Made by a program: the position numbers and the translations under genes. Shown here one piece after another: positions 24,033 through 35,320 of a DNA stretch of 64,000 nt (within the stretch, counting starts at the first letter, position 1; each line of letters starts with the position of its first letter). The notes beneath the pieces are model-generated. The model was not told the DNA's origin. It saw nothing but the letters and a program-made list of their open reading frames with translations, and searched no databases. This DNA is from Heterodontus francisci (lineage: Eukaryota): NCBI RefSeq assembly GCF_036365525.1, contig NC_090382.1, forward strand, positions 41,505,748 through 41,569,747, given 5' to 3'.

Positions 24033-26511
24033 AGTCTCAGTCATCTCCAGGTAGCTCTATCTTCAGCAGTAGATCCTATGTTGAGGGCATGCCTTCCTGC
24101 CCCTCTTTCCTCTCCTGTACCTCCTGCTGCCCAGGGTTCTGCCCCTTCCTGTGTAGGGTGTTGCCGCTCATCACCACTGGGCCCAAAATCTGACAGCCAT
24201 GACCTGATTGCCAGCTGCAGCTTTCCTTGTGGATAGGTGACCATCCAATTGTGATTGGCAGTTATGCCTGCTGCTCTTCTGCCCCCACACGCCAGAGGGG
24301 GGTTGTGGAGGGGGTGGTGATGACCCTATTCAATGCCCGAGCACTGACTGCCCACCCTCCCCGCGACCTACCCAGCTCCTAGGGCACCTCTTTCCAAAAG
24401 GTTGAGTCTCCCTTTATGCCGCGGACCCTCTTAGAGGGGGCTGAGGTAATTCCCTGGGGCTCCCACTCTGTATCTGCCTCCCTTCAGCTGTTCTGGCCCA
24501 GACATCACGTGCAACCCATGCACCCCTGTAAAAATTTCAACCTCCCCCTTTAACAAGCTCATCATCAACTCTTTAACAACTTAAATTGCCTTTATTTGGG
24601 AGGTAGACAGGATTGCTCTCTCACTCTAGTTGTCTTAATACCAACACGCCAACTGCCACCCATATTTTTGGGCTCCGTCCACCATCATTCCCGTCCCCAA
24701 TGGGAGCCGAAAATTTAGCCCAGTATGTCTCAGTAAGGATTCTACAATCTAATTGGATGAAGAGTGACACTGTTACTAGCGCTGTTCACACAGGTCCAAG
24801 ATCACCTGTAGTGAGAACCACACTGCACCATAAGTCTTGTGCAAAATCCCACAAATAGTCTGCAGGCAGCTGTAAATGTAATGAACAGTGAGTACCATTC
24901 ATTCACTGCTGATCACAAAATCTAGTGAAGGTATTTTGACGCTGAATGGCTTTCATCATTATGTTATAGCATTAAGTACTCTGATGTAGGAGTTCTTTGT
25001 TTAGTTATATAGAGGAGTATCTCTCTAACTGGAAGGTGCATCTCCAGGTAAGTCAGCTTGCACACTCCAAAGGACAGAGAAAGGGGTTATAGTAATTTAA
25101 AATTTAGCAGCTGTACTAGCCGGATAGAGGCAGATATACATATGTCAGTTAAATGTACATGTTTCCTTAAATCAGAGGTGTAATCACTCTTCCCTCTATG
25201 CTGTGCGACTGCACATCAACCCGAAAGTTCCCACACAAGCTGTGAACAAGTCGGCCCCTCTAAATTACTAAGGGTACATGGCTGCACAAAAAATATTAAA
25301 GGGCCCATGCATTTAAACCAATCAGCCGCGCACTACAAAAAGAAATTGAGGGTAGATTGGGCTTGAGAGTTAACCCAATTAGTCCAGACATGGCTATAAG
25401 CACAAATGGTGAATTTAGCCAGAAGTTGAGAATACAAGAAGAATAGATAGTCCCTCCAGAAATGAAGGTTCATTACTGTGACATCTCAGAAGGCAAAATA
25501 ACCAGTTCATCTATAGTAGCTCAGAAGGGCAAAGTCATATAAATGCTGAAAGCATTGCTAATTATGAGCATACAGACTTTATTCATTTAATGTCAATCTA
25601 ATGCTGTTAATTTATCTCTTATGTAAAGAAGTACAATCATAAATTGGTCCCACTAATCTACAATCTCACATTGATCTCATCTGTAAATTAAAAATTAGCC
25701 AGTTAATGCTGAATTATCAAGACACAACTGAACAGCCTTTGGAATCTGTCATTCAAATCTATTAAATATTTGCATGCTCATTGTTTAAGTACTGCTAATT
25801 ATGATTCTGAGATTAATATACAATAGTTAGTTTGCGACTTCATTCTCAGGCTTCCTCTTCGATTGGCAAAAAAGGATTAATTCGCTCAGTGGCTTGTGTA
25901 TATCCTAATAGGAGGTTGGTAGCGTAGATATTAATGTAATCTAAACTGGTTGTGTAAACAAATTTAAATATCATTAACATTTAGGAATAAACTGGATGCT
26001 AAACCACAGAAGTTACTTTGGGGAGGAATGAAACTCAGTTTCAAGGGTATTTTGCCCTTGATAAATACTTTTGTCAGATGACCATTCAAATTGTTGTTAC
26101 AAATCTGTCTTCTTATTGCCCAAAAAAAGTAAAACACAACAGACAGACAGATTTGAATGAATCATTGCCACTATCACCTTTAGACAAAAAAAAAAGCAGT
26201 TGCCTCCCTGAACAAGTATTTGCCATCCTCTTCTATAAGCAATGACTCACACTACAATATTGTCTCTCAGGCAGCCTCCCAGTAATACATGCAAGTGGTT
26301 GTTCCTTGTCTGACTGCATGGAACCGAGTTTCAGTGGCTATTCAGCACAGGAACACAAAGCCATGTCCCACACTATTTTCAAATGTTTCCATCAGGGTTG
26401 CTGGATGGTGAAAAGTCAAAGGAAGTTTTGCTGATATTTCCATTCTGTAACCCATGAATATTAAGTCCAGTTTTTTGCACCAACTTAGCACAACCAGCTC
26501 AGCACAAACCA

Positions 26512-27000
26512 TACAACAACTTGCATTTATATAGCTCCTTTAACATAGTAAAAAATCACAGGGCACTTCAACAGAGCATTATCAAACAACATTTGACACC
26601 AAGCCACATAAATAGATATTAGGGAAGAAGACAAAAAGCTTGGTCAAGGAGGTAGGTTTTAAGGAGCATTTTTAAGGAAGAGACAGAGTGGCAGAAAGGT
26701 TTAGAGAGGGCATTGTAGAGCTTAGGGCCGTGGCAGCTGAAGACACGAGGATGTTCAAGAGGCCAGAATTCGAGGAGTGCAGATATCTCAGAGGGTTTTA
26801 GAGCTAGAGTAGGTTACAGGGATAGGGACGGACGAGGCTATAGAGGCATTTGAAAACACGAAGAGCATTCTTTTAATCAAAGCGTTACTTAACCGGGTGC
26901 CAATCTAGATCAACCAGCACAGGGGTGATGGGTGAATAGGACTTGATGGAGTTAGGACACAGGCAGCAGAGTTTTAGATGACCTCAAGTTTGCAGAGAGT
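26512..27000 (-). mobile_element. L2-clade LINE 3' end
   Basis: ACAACTTGCATTTATATAGC.. tail and body homologous to 56220-56680, which adjoins L2 RT motifs. Confidence 0.75.
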
Positions 27001-27239
27001 AGATATACCACGTCACATGGTGTACATTACCCATTCATTACTTGGATCCAGCTGCTAAGAACATAATGACCCCGTTATTAAACTGAATGCAAATTGCATG
27101 GGAGAAACCCGGAAGTCAAATGAGCAGGTCAGATTCTGTGCTCTCAACTCAATTGTACCTATTAATTTTGACTTCAGGCTTTTGTGTCTCCAAGCTGTGC
27201 AGTGGTCGTGATATGCACCCACAAGGCAATTTCAGCTTT

Positions 27240-27510
27240 ATTTAAAGGGACAGTCCACCAATGGAAATTGGAGATGTTCAGGATGAATGGTGGACATATA
27301 GCAAGGGCAGCAACCAGATTCAATGGTGCATTCACTGGAATCGTTGCTGGATGCAATCAGGAAGAAAAGGGAGACACCTTTCCCCATCTCACCAAGAAGG
27401 TGTGGTTGGAGATAGCTAAGCAGGGGAGGAGCAGCACTGCTGTGCCCAGGTCATAGATGCAATATAGGAAAAAGATTAATCATCTAAACAGGTCAGGAAA
27501 ACTGGGTAGA
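27240..27510 (+). pseudogene. Harbinger Myb/SANT gene remnant
   Basis: ARAATRF....TKKVWLEIAKQ..SSTAVPRS*MQYRKKINHLNRSGK parallels 19330-19558. Confidence 0.65.
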
Positions 27511-28149
27511 TTTGCTGATTGGACAAAAGCCTTCGCTTTTAGCCCCTGCCCTCTTTCCTAAGAAATTGGAACTGATAACGTAAGTGTAAAGTCCACAATT
27601 TTTTTCTGAAAGTATGAGTAGGGAAATGTTTGTCGTTAAGTTTCTACAGTTCTACTTTATAATGTACAAAATATTTGGCCCTTTAAGTATACTCTACCAT
27701 TCAACAAGACCAAGGCTGATCTTCTACCTCAAATCCACCTACCTGCACTAGCCCCATATCCCTTGATTCTCTTAGTATCCAAAAATCTATTGATCTCTGT
27801 CTTGAATATACTCATCGACTGAGCATCCTCAGCTCTCTGGGATAGAGAATTCCAAAGATTCACCATCCTTTGAGTGAAGAAATTTCTCTTTATCTCAGCC
27901 CTAAACTCCTTATTCTGAGACTGTGACCCCTAATTCTAGACTCGCCAGCCAGGGGAAACATCCACCCAGCATCTACCCTGTCAGGCTCTTTAAGAATTTG
28001 ATATGTTTCAATAAGAACACATCTCATTCTTCTAATTCTTAAGGAATAAAGGTCTCGTCTACTCAATCTCTCCTTATAGACAAACCTCTCATCCCAGGAA
28101 TCAGTCTACTAAATCTTGGTTGCACTCCCTGTAAGGCAAGTATATCCTT

Positions 28150-29069
28150 TGTTATGAACAGGCAGTTCCCTCTGATCAAATTTCCCTGTTTTTTCAACCA
28201 CCTGTCTGTAACCAGATAAATGATTGAATTTCTTTCCCTCCCTTAAACCCTAATAGTAAATGAGCACTTCAACAACATGGATTTTAAAGTTAAAACAAAG
28301 AAGTAGACTTTATTAACACACTCTTAAACTTGGGAAGGGGGTTTAACCTCACCATGCAGGCTTACAAACATTCAGGGAAAGGCTAAAGGCATATAAAAAA
28401 AGGCAAGGACATTTACTAAGTAGAAACTTATCTTAACTACCAGCTGCTGTGGTTTCATTTAAAACATGAATATCAAAAAAAAGTCCAAAGATTGGAGATC
28501 ACTGATAAGAAATGCCAAATAGGGGAGGAGCTGTTGGAGATATCTCTACTGTTGTAAATTTCTTTTTCTTTGCACTCTCAAAAGTGATAATGGAGACCGT
28601 TAAATTGCTGGAGACAACTTCATTTTGGACAGAGAAAAATGGGTAGAAATCAGGCCTTTTCTGTTGTTACTGCAGCTTGTCTTTGGGTTGGTTTGTTGCT
28701 TGCTGGATTTTTCAAAGTGTGGCTTCTCTTTAATTTTTCTTGTTGAAAAGGCCTTTGAGAGAAAAGTCAATGCAGCTTGAAGACAGGCTGTGGCTTCTTG
28801 CAGGGAGATGTGTCTTTCACACACGGCAGCTGTATAATAGAGGACAAGCTGTACTCACAAACGGTTACAGTTTTGAGGTTGAATATGGGATCTCCTGGGT
28901 CCTAAGGCTAGACTCTTTTCAAGTGGCTGTCCCACCTGACCTCTTTTCTCTATTTTGACAATCAGAACACAGAAGTACAAACTTAAAACATGCTGTATAA
29001 AATGGCGGTTGACATTAATATTCAAATTCACAACATAATTTACAAGGGAGCTCGCATCCATTCATGACA
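28150..29069 (-). mobile_element. Solo-LTR-like element (family 1, copy 2)
   Basis: TGTTATGA...TCATGACA termini with a perfect 4-bp TSD CCTT. Reverse-complement homolog of 21552-22485. Confidence 0.85.
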
Positions 29070-29184
29070 CCTTCCTGAGGAAAGGAGACCGAAACTATAC
29101 GTAGTACTTCAGGTGTGGTCTCAACACGACCCTATATAATTGCAGTAAGACTTCTTTATTCTTGTACGTCAATCTCTTTGGAAT

Positions 29185-29850
29185 AAAGGTGGTCAAGAAG
29201 GCATACGGCATGCTTTCCTTCATCGGACGGGGTATTGCGTACAAGAGTTGGCAGGTCATGTTACAGTTGTATAGGACTTTGGTTCGGCCACATTTGGAAT
29301 ACTGCGTGCAGTTCTGGTTGCCACATTACCAAAAGGATGTGGATGCTTTGGAGAGGGTGCAGAGGAGGTTCACCAGGATGTTGCCTGGTATGGAGGGCGC
29401 TAGCTATGAAGAGAGGTTGAGTAGATTAGGATTATTTTCATTAGAAAGACGGAGGTTGATGGGGGACCTGATTGAGGTGTACAAAATCATGAGAGGTATA
29501 GACAGGGTGGATAGCAAGAGGCTTTTTCCCAGAGTGGGGGGATTCAATTACTAGAGGACACGAGTTCAAAGTGAAAGGGGAAAAGTTTAGGGGGGATATG
29601 CGTGGAAAGTTCTTTACGCAGAGGGTGGTGGGTGCCTGGAACGCGTTGCCAGCGGAGGTGGTAGATGCGGGCACGATGGCGTCTTTTAAGATGTATCTCG
29701 ACAGATACATGAATGGGCAGGAAGAAAAGAGATACAGACCCTTAGAAAATAGGCAACATGTTTAGATAGAGGATCTGGAATCGGCGCAGGCTTGGAGGGC
29801 CGAAGGGCCTGTTCCTGTGCTGTAATTTTCTTTGTTCTTTGTTCTTTGTA
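29185..29850 (+). mobile_element. Young 5'-truncated CR1 (HER1-like) 3' end
   Basis: KKAYGMLSFIGRGI..LYRTLVRPHLEYCVQFW.PHYQKDVDALERVQRRFTRMLPG. Tail GGGCCGAAGGGCCTGTTCCTGTGCTGT followed by (TCTTTGT)n. CpGs retained. Confidence 0.93.
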
Positions 29851-30161
29851 TACCCATTGCTTACCTGCATGTTAATTTTCTGTGATTCATCTGCAAGGAC
29901 ACCCAGGTCCCTCTAAATACCAACATTTCCCAACATATCATCATTTAAAAAATTCTGTTTTTCTGTTTTTCCTACCAAAGTGGATAACTTCACACTTCCT
30001 CACATTTTAGTTCATCTACCACGTTCTTGTCCACTCATTTATCTGATTTCCCTTTACAGGCTCTTTACGTCCTCCTCACAGTTTACTTTCCCACTGACCT
30101 TTGTATCATCAGCAAACTTGAATACATTATACTCAGTCCCCTCCTCCAAGTCATAGATATA

Positions 30162-30909
30162 GACCGGAATTTTACAGCCCCCAAACCAGCAGGCTGGTGG
30201 TGGGTGGGGTAGGTAAAATTGAGTGGGAGGCGGGGGGACATTCCTGACACCCTCCCGCCCCTGCTGCAATTTTACAGGGGGTGGCGATGGCGTGAAACGG
30301 CCCACCCACCCCAGGACAACCAAGGCCCTTAAGTGGCCAATTAACTGGCACTTAAGGGCCTCCTCCCTCTGCTGCGGATATTTTACCCTCGGCGGCCAGA
30401 CAGCACAAGCCTCAAAAAACCCGCCTGGTGAAACCAGGCTGCCTTCTTGCGGGCTGAGAGGGGCCCTCCTGATCGGGCACCTTGTGCCACACGGAGGGCT
30501 GCCCCAGAAGCCCCAACCGCGCCCAACACACAACAATCCCTCCGCTCCCCTAATTGACCCCGCCCTTGCCTCACCGAGGCCCGACCGATTGTCCGCAACG
30601 AGGAGCCTAAAAACATACCTGCCCTCTGGGGCCATCCTTCACCTTGCTTGCGATGGCTGGGTGTAGTCCCAGCAGTGGTCGCCGCTCCTGGTGGCACTGC
30701 TGGGACTAAGAGCTGCTGGCCTGCTGATTAGCCGACAGCTCCATTAGGCGAGACTTCCTGTCTCAAGGAGGTGGAATCCTGCCCAAGACCAACTAAGGGC
30801 CTGGGGAGCGAAAAATCCCGGCTTGGCTCCCCAGACTCAGCGGAGGCGGGCTCGCCACTGACTTTTTGGTCGGTGGGCAGGGCCTGCCGTCCAATGAAAA
30901 ATTCCAGCC
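30162..30909. mobile_element. Harbinger-like MITE (family B), complete
   Basis: TIRs GACCGGAATTTT / AAAATTCCAGCC, TSD ATA, internal palindrome GGCCCTTAAGTG..CACTTAAGGGCC. Confidence 0.85.
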
Positions 30910-30937
30910 ATAGACTTTAAATAGCTGAGGCCCAAGG

Positions 30938-32248
30938 AGGTTCGCTGATGATTGCATCATGTACAGCACCATTCACGACTCCTCAGATATTGAAGCAGTT
31001 CATGTCCAAATGCAGCAAGACCTCGACAACATCCAGGCTTGGGCTTTTTTTAAATTCATTCATGGGATGTGGGCATCGCTGGCCAGGCCAGCATTTATTG
31101 CCCATCCCTAATTGCCCTTGAGAAGGTGGTGGTGAGCTGCCTTCTTGAACTGCTGCAGTCCATGTGAGGTAGGGACACCCACTGTGCTGTTTGGAAGGGA
31201 GCTCCAGGATTTTGACCCAGCAACAGTGAAGGAATGGTGATATAGTTCCAAGTCAGGATGGTGTGTGGCTTGGAGGGGAACTTGCTGGTGGTGGTGTTCC
31301 CATGCATTTGCTGTCCATGTCCTTCTAGTTGGTAGAGGTCGCGAGTTTGGAAGGTGCTGTCTAAGGAGCCTTGGTGCATTGCTGCAGTGCATCTTGTAGA
31401 TGGTACACACTGCTGCCACTGTGCGTCGGTGGTAGAGGGAGTGAATGTTTGTGGATGGGGTGCCAATCAAGTGGGCTGCTTTGACCTTGATGTTGTTGAG
31501 CTTCTTGAGTGTTGTTGGAGCTGCACCCATCCAGGCAAGTGGAGAGTATTCCATCACACTCCGGACTTGTGCCTTGTGGACAGGTTTGGGGGAGTCAGGA
31601 GTTGAGTTATTCGCCACAGGATTCCTAGCCTCTGACCTGCTCTTATAGCCATGGCATTTATACAGCTACTCCAGTTCAGTTTCTGGTCAATGGTAACACC
31701 CAGGATGTTGATAGTAGGGGATTCAGCGATCGTAATTGAATGTCAAGGGGAGATGGTTAGATTTTCTCTTGTTGGAGATGGTCATTGCTTGGCACTTGGG
31801 TGCCGCGAATGTTACTTGCCACTTATCAGCCCATGCCTGGATATTGTCCAGGTCTTGGTGCATTTCTACATGGACTGCTGCAGTATTTGAGGAGTTGTAA
31901 ATGATGCTGAACATTGTGCAATCATCAGCGAACATCCCCACTTCTTATCTTATGATTGAAGGAAGGTCATTGATGAAGCAGCTAAAGATGGTTGGGCCTA
32001 GGACACTTCCCTGATATGAGGCAAGTTAAATTCTCACCACACAAGTGCCAGGCAATGACCATCTCCAACAAGAGTGAATCCAACCTTCTCCCCTTGACAT
32101 TCAATGGCAGTACCATCACTGAATCCCACACTATCAACATCCTGGGTGTTATCATTGACCAGAAACTGAACTTGACCAGTCATATAAGTACTATGGCTAC
32201 ATGAGCAGGTCAGAGGCTGGGAATTCTGCGATGAGTAACTCACATCCT
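30938..32248 (+). mobile_element. CR1-group family 2 RT fragment (30938-31045 + 32013-32248), split by an antisense copy of the same family
   Basis: FADDC..QQDLDNIQAWA continues after the insertion as D.RQVKFSPHKCQAMTISNK. Confidence 0.8.
31046..32012 (-). mobile_element. CR1-group family 2 LINE, 3' 1 kb
   Basis: GMFADDCTMF..QDLDNIQAWADKWQVTF..AQVRSVMEYSPLAWMGAAPTTLKKL..SLYHRRTVAAVCTIYKMHC, with a 3' tail and A-rich end at about 31050. Confidence 0.9.
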
Positions 32249-32261
32249 TGGATCATAGCAT

Positions 32262-34808
32262 TTTAGGAAATAGGATAGGGCGTAAGCCAATCGGCTCATC
32301 AAGCCTGCTCTGCCTTTCAAACAGATCATGGCTGATTGTCTACTTCAACGCCATTTTTCCCAACTATCCCATTATCCCTTGATGTCATTAGTTTCCAGAA
32401 ATCTATCTATTTCTATCTTGAACATACTCAATGATTGAGCTTCCACAGCCCTCTGGGGTAGAGAATTCCACAGATTCATCACCCTCTGAGTAAAGAAATT
32501 CCTCCTCATCTGAGTCTTAAATGGCCCTTATTCTGAGACTGTGTCCCCTTGTTCTAGACTCACCAGCCAGAGGAAACACCCTATCCACATCTATCCTGTC
32601 ACACCCTGTAAGAATTTTGTAAGTATCAATGAGATCACATCTCATTCTTCAAAACTCTAGAGAATGCAGGCCCAGTTTCTGCAATCTTTCCTCATAAGAC
32701 AATTCCACCATCCCAGGGATTAGTCTGGCGAACCTTCGTTGCACTCACTCTATGGCAACTATGTCCTTCCTTAGATAAGGAGTCCAAAACTGTGCACAAT
32801 ACTCCAGGTGTGGTCTCATCGTTACGCCTGTACTCAAATCCCTTTGCAAAGAAGGCCAACATACCATTTGCCTTCTTAATTGCTTGCTGCACTTGCATAC
32901 GAGTTTTTAGTGATTCATGAACAAGGACACCCAGGTCCCTTTGGACATCAACACTTTCCAACCACTCACCATTTAAGAAATATACTGTCTTTCTGTGTTT
33001 TCTACCAAAGTGGATCACTTCACACTTATTCACATTCTATTACATCTTCCATGTTCTTGCCCATATACTTAGCCTGTCCAAATCCCCTTGAAGCCTCTTT
33101 GCATCCTCCTCACAACTTACATTCCCAACAAGTTTTGTGTCATCAGCAAATTTGGAAATATTACAATTGATCCCCACATCCAAATCATTTATATAGATTG
33201 CAAACAGCTGTGGCCCAAACACTGATCTTTGTGCTACCCCATTAGTCACAGCCTGCCATCCTGAGAATGACCTATTTATTCCTACTCTCTGCTTTCTGTC
33301 TGTTAACCAATTCTCAATCCATTGCAGTATTTTACCCCCAATCCCATGTGCTCAAATTTTGTTTATGAGCCTCCTGTGTGGCACCTTATCAAAAGCCTTC
33401 TGAAAATCCAAATACACCACATCCAGTGGTTCTCCTTTATCTATGCTACAAGTAACATCCTCAAAAAACTCCAACAGAACATGATTTTCCTCTCACAAAT
33501 CCATGTTGACTCTGCCCAATCATATAATTATTTTCCAAGTGTCCAGTTATCTCATCTTTTATAATAGATTCTAACATTTTCCCTACTACTGACATCAAAC
33601 TAACAGGTCTGTAGTTGGCCATTTTCTCTTTCGCTCCCTTCTTAAATAGTAGGGTTACATTTGCTACTTTCCAGCCTGCAGGAACCCTTCCAGAATCTAT
33701 AGAATTGTGAAAGATAACGACTAATAATGCATACACTATCTCTATAGCCACCTCCTTCAATAGCTCTTCTGGTCCAGGGGATTTATCAACTTTCAATCCA
33801 ATTAATTTTTTGAGTACTACCTCTTTATTGATACTAATTTCTTTCAGTTCCTCATTTTTACAAGTCCCTTTGTTCCCTAGTTTTTTTTCACAGAATCATT
33901 ACAGTGCAGAAGGAAGCCATTCGGCCCATTGTGTCCACACTGGCTCTCTGAAAGAGTAATTCCCTCAGTTCCATTCCCCCGACATCTCTCCATAACCCTG
34001 CACATTCTTCCTTTTCATAAAACTGTCTAATTCCCTTTTGAATGCTTCAATTGAACCTGCCTCCACCATGTTCTCAGGCAGTGCATTCCGAACCTTAACC
34101 ACACACTGCATGAAAATTTTTTTCCTCATGTCACTTTTGCTTCTCATACCAAATATTTTAAATCTGTGCCCTCTTGTTCTCAATCCTTTCACGAGTGGAA
34201 ACAATTTCTCTCTAACTACTCTGTCCAGAGCCCTCATGATTTTGAATACCTCTATCAAATCAAATTTCTGAGAGATTTTCTGTGTCTTCTTCCATGAAAG
34301 CAGACACAAAGTAATTGGTTAGGCTCATGCCATTTCCTCATTCTCCACCACAAACTTTCCAGTAGCCACCTGCAATGGACCCACATTCGTCCTTGCTAAT
34401 CTTTTCCTTTTCAGATACCTAAAGAAGCTTTTACAATCCCCTTTATGTTTCTAACTAGCTTGCATTCATAATCTCTTTTCCCTTTCTTTATCAGTTTCTT
34501 GGTCCTCCTTTGTTGGACTCTAAATTGCTCCCAATCCTCAGACTTAACACTTTTTCTGACGACCCTATCAGCCACTTCCATTGACCTAATGCAATTTTTA
34601 ACCTCTTTTGTTAGCCACAGCTGATGCACCTTTCCTGTTGTCTTTTTGTGTCTTAGAGGAATTTATATTTGTTGTAAACCGTGTAATAGTTCTTTAAATA
34701 CTAGCCATTGCCTGTCTACCGTTCAATCTTTTAATACATTTTCCCAATCAACCATAGCCAACTTGCCCATTTTACCTACATAGTTTCCTTTCTTCAGATT
34801 TAAGACCC
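32262..34808 (-). mobile_element. Decayed CR1 LINE ORF2 + 3' UTR
   Basis: KVDKSPGP..WKVANVTLLFKKG..NYRPVSL..SQHGF; GVAQRSVFGPQLFAIYINDL..KFADDTKL; NKCEVIHFGRK. Confidence 0.92.
33880..34262 (-). mobile_element. Nested short CR1 3' fragment
   Basis: DLIEVFKIMRALDRVVREKLFPL..TRGHRFK..FKRELD plus its own 3' UTR, lying inside the larger CR1. Confidence 0.85.
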
Positions 34809-35320
34809 GTTCCTGACTCCCCAAACCATGTCCACCATCTACAAGGCACAAGTCAGGAGCGTATTGAATACTGTCCACTTGTCTGGTTAATTGCAGCCCC
34901 AACAGCACTCAACAAGCTCAACACCATCCAGGACAAAGCAGCCCGCTTGATTGGCACCCCATCACCACTGTCAACATTCACTCCCTCCACCACTGATACA
35001 CAGTGGCAACAATGTTTACCATCTATAAGATGCACTGCAGCAACTCACCAAGGCTCCTTCGACAGCACCTTCCAAACCCGCAACCTCTACCACCTAGAAA
35101 GACAAGGGCAGAAGATTCATGGGAACATCATCATCTGCAAGTTCCTCTCCAAGCCACACACCATCCTGACTTGGAACTATCACTGTTGCTGGGTCCAAAT
35201 CCTGGAACTCCTTTCATAACAGAACTGTGGGTGTACCTACACTACATGGACTGCAGCAGTTCAAGAAGGCGGCTCACCACCACCTTCTCAAGGGCAATTA
35301 GGAAAGGGCAATAAATTCTG
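34808..35320 (+). mobile_element. CR1-group family 2 3' fragment (second short tail at about 35560-35668)
   Basis: TIYKAQVRSV..IYKMHCSNSPRLLRQHLPNP, tail GGGCAATTAGG..GGGCAATAAA. Confidence 0.85.

Larger units (their letters stand above)
21338..24244 (-). pseudogene. Harbinger (HARBI1-like, DDE_Tnp_4) transposase, interrupted by two insertions
   Basis: QCRRRL..FASGSFQGSAGDL..GIIDCDHVAIK..NWKGYHSLNIQ..FPGSCQDSFILRQS..LGDKGYPLKRWLLTPL..YNQRH..LLKMRF..CCVLHNMA. The segment that normally carries the third catalytic Glu appears deleted. Acidic C-terminal part lies at 21338-21551. Confidence 0.9.
18997..24721. mobile_element. Decayed autonomous-type PIF/Harbinger DNA transposon (two convergent genes)
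   Basis: TIRs GGACTGAATTTTC / GAAAATTTAGCCC with 3-bp flanks AAT/AGT. Myb/SANT gene on +, DDE transposase on -. Confidence 0.85.
18459..24927. mobile_element. Old non-autonomous TIR element (18459-18996 + 24722-24927) split by the Harbinger insertion
   Basis: Start CTGGATTTTGC..GTGCTCAC mirrors end GTGAGTAC..CACAAAATCTAG. Imperfect, judged by eye. Confidence 0.5.
27692..30160 (-). mobile_element. Decayed CR1 LINE split by an LTR and a younger CR1
   Basis: 3' UTR at 27692-27800; RT motifs (IYDLEEGTEYNVFKFADDTKV) at 30050-30160; host sequence is continuous across the insertions. Confidence 0.85.
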
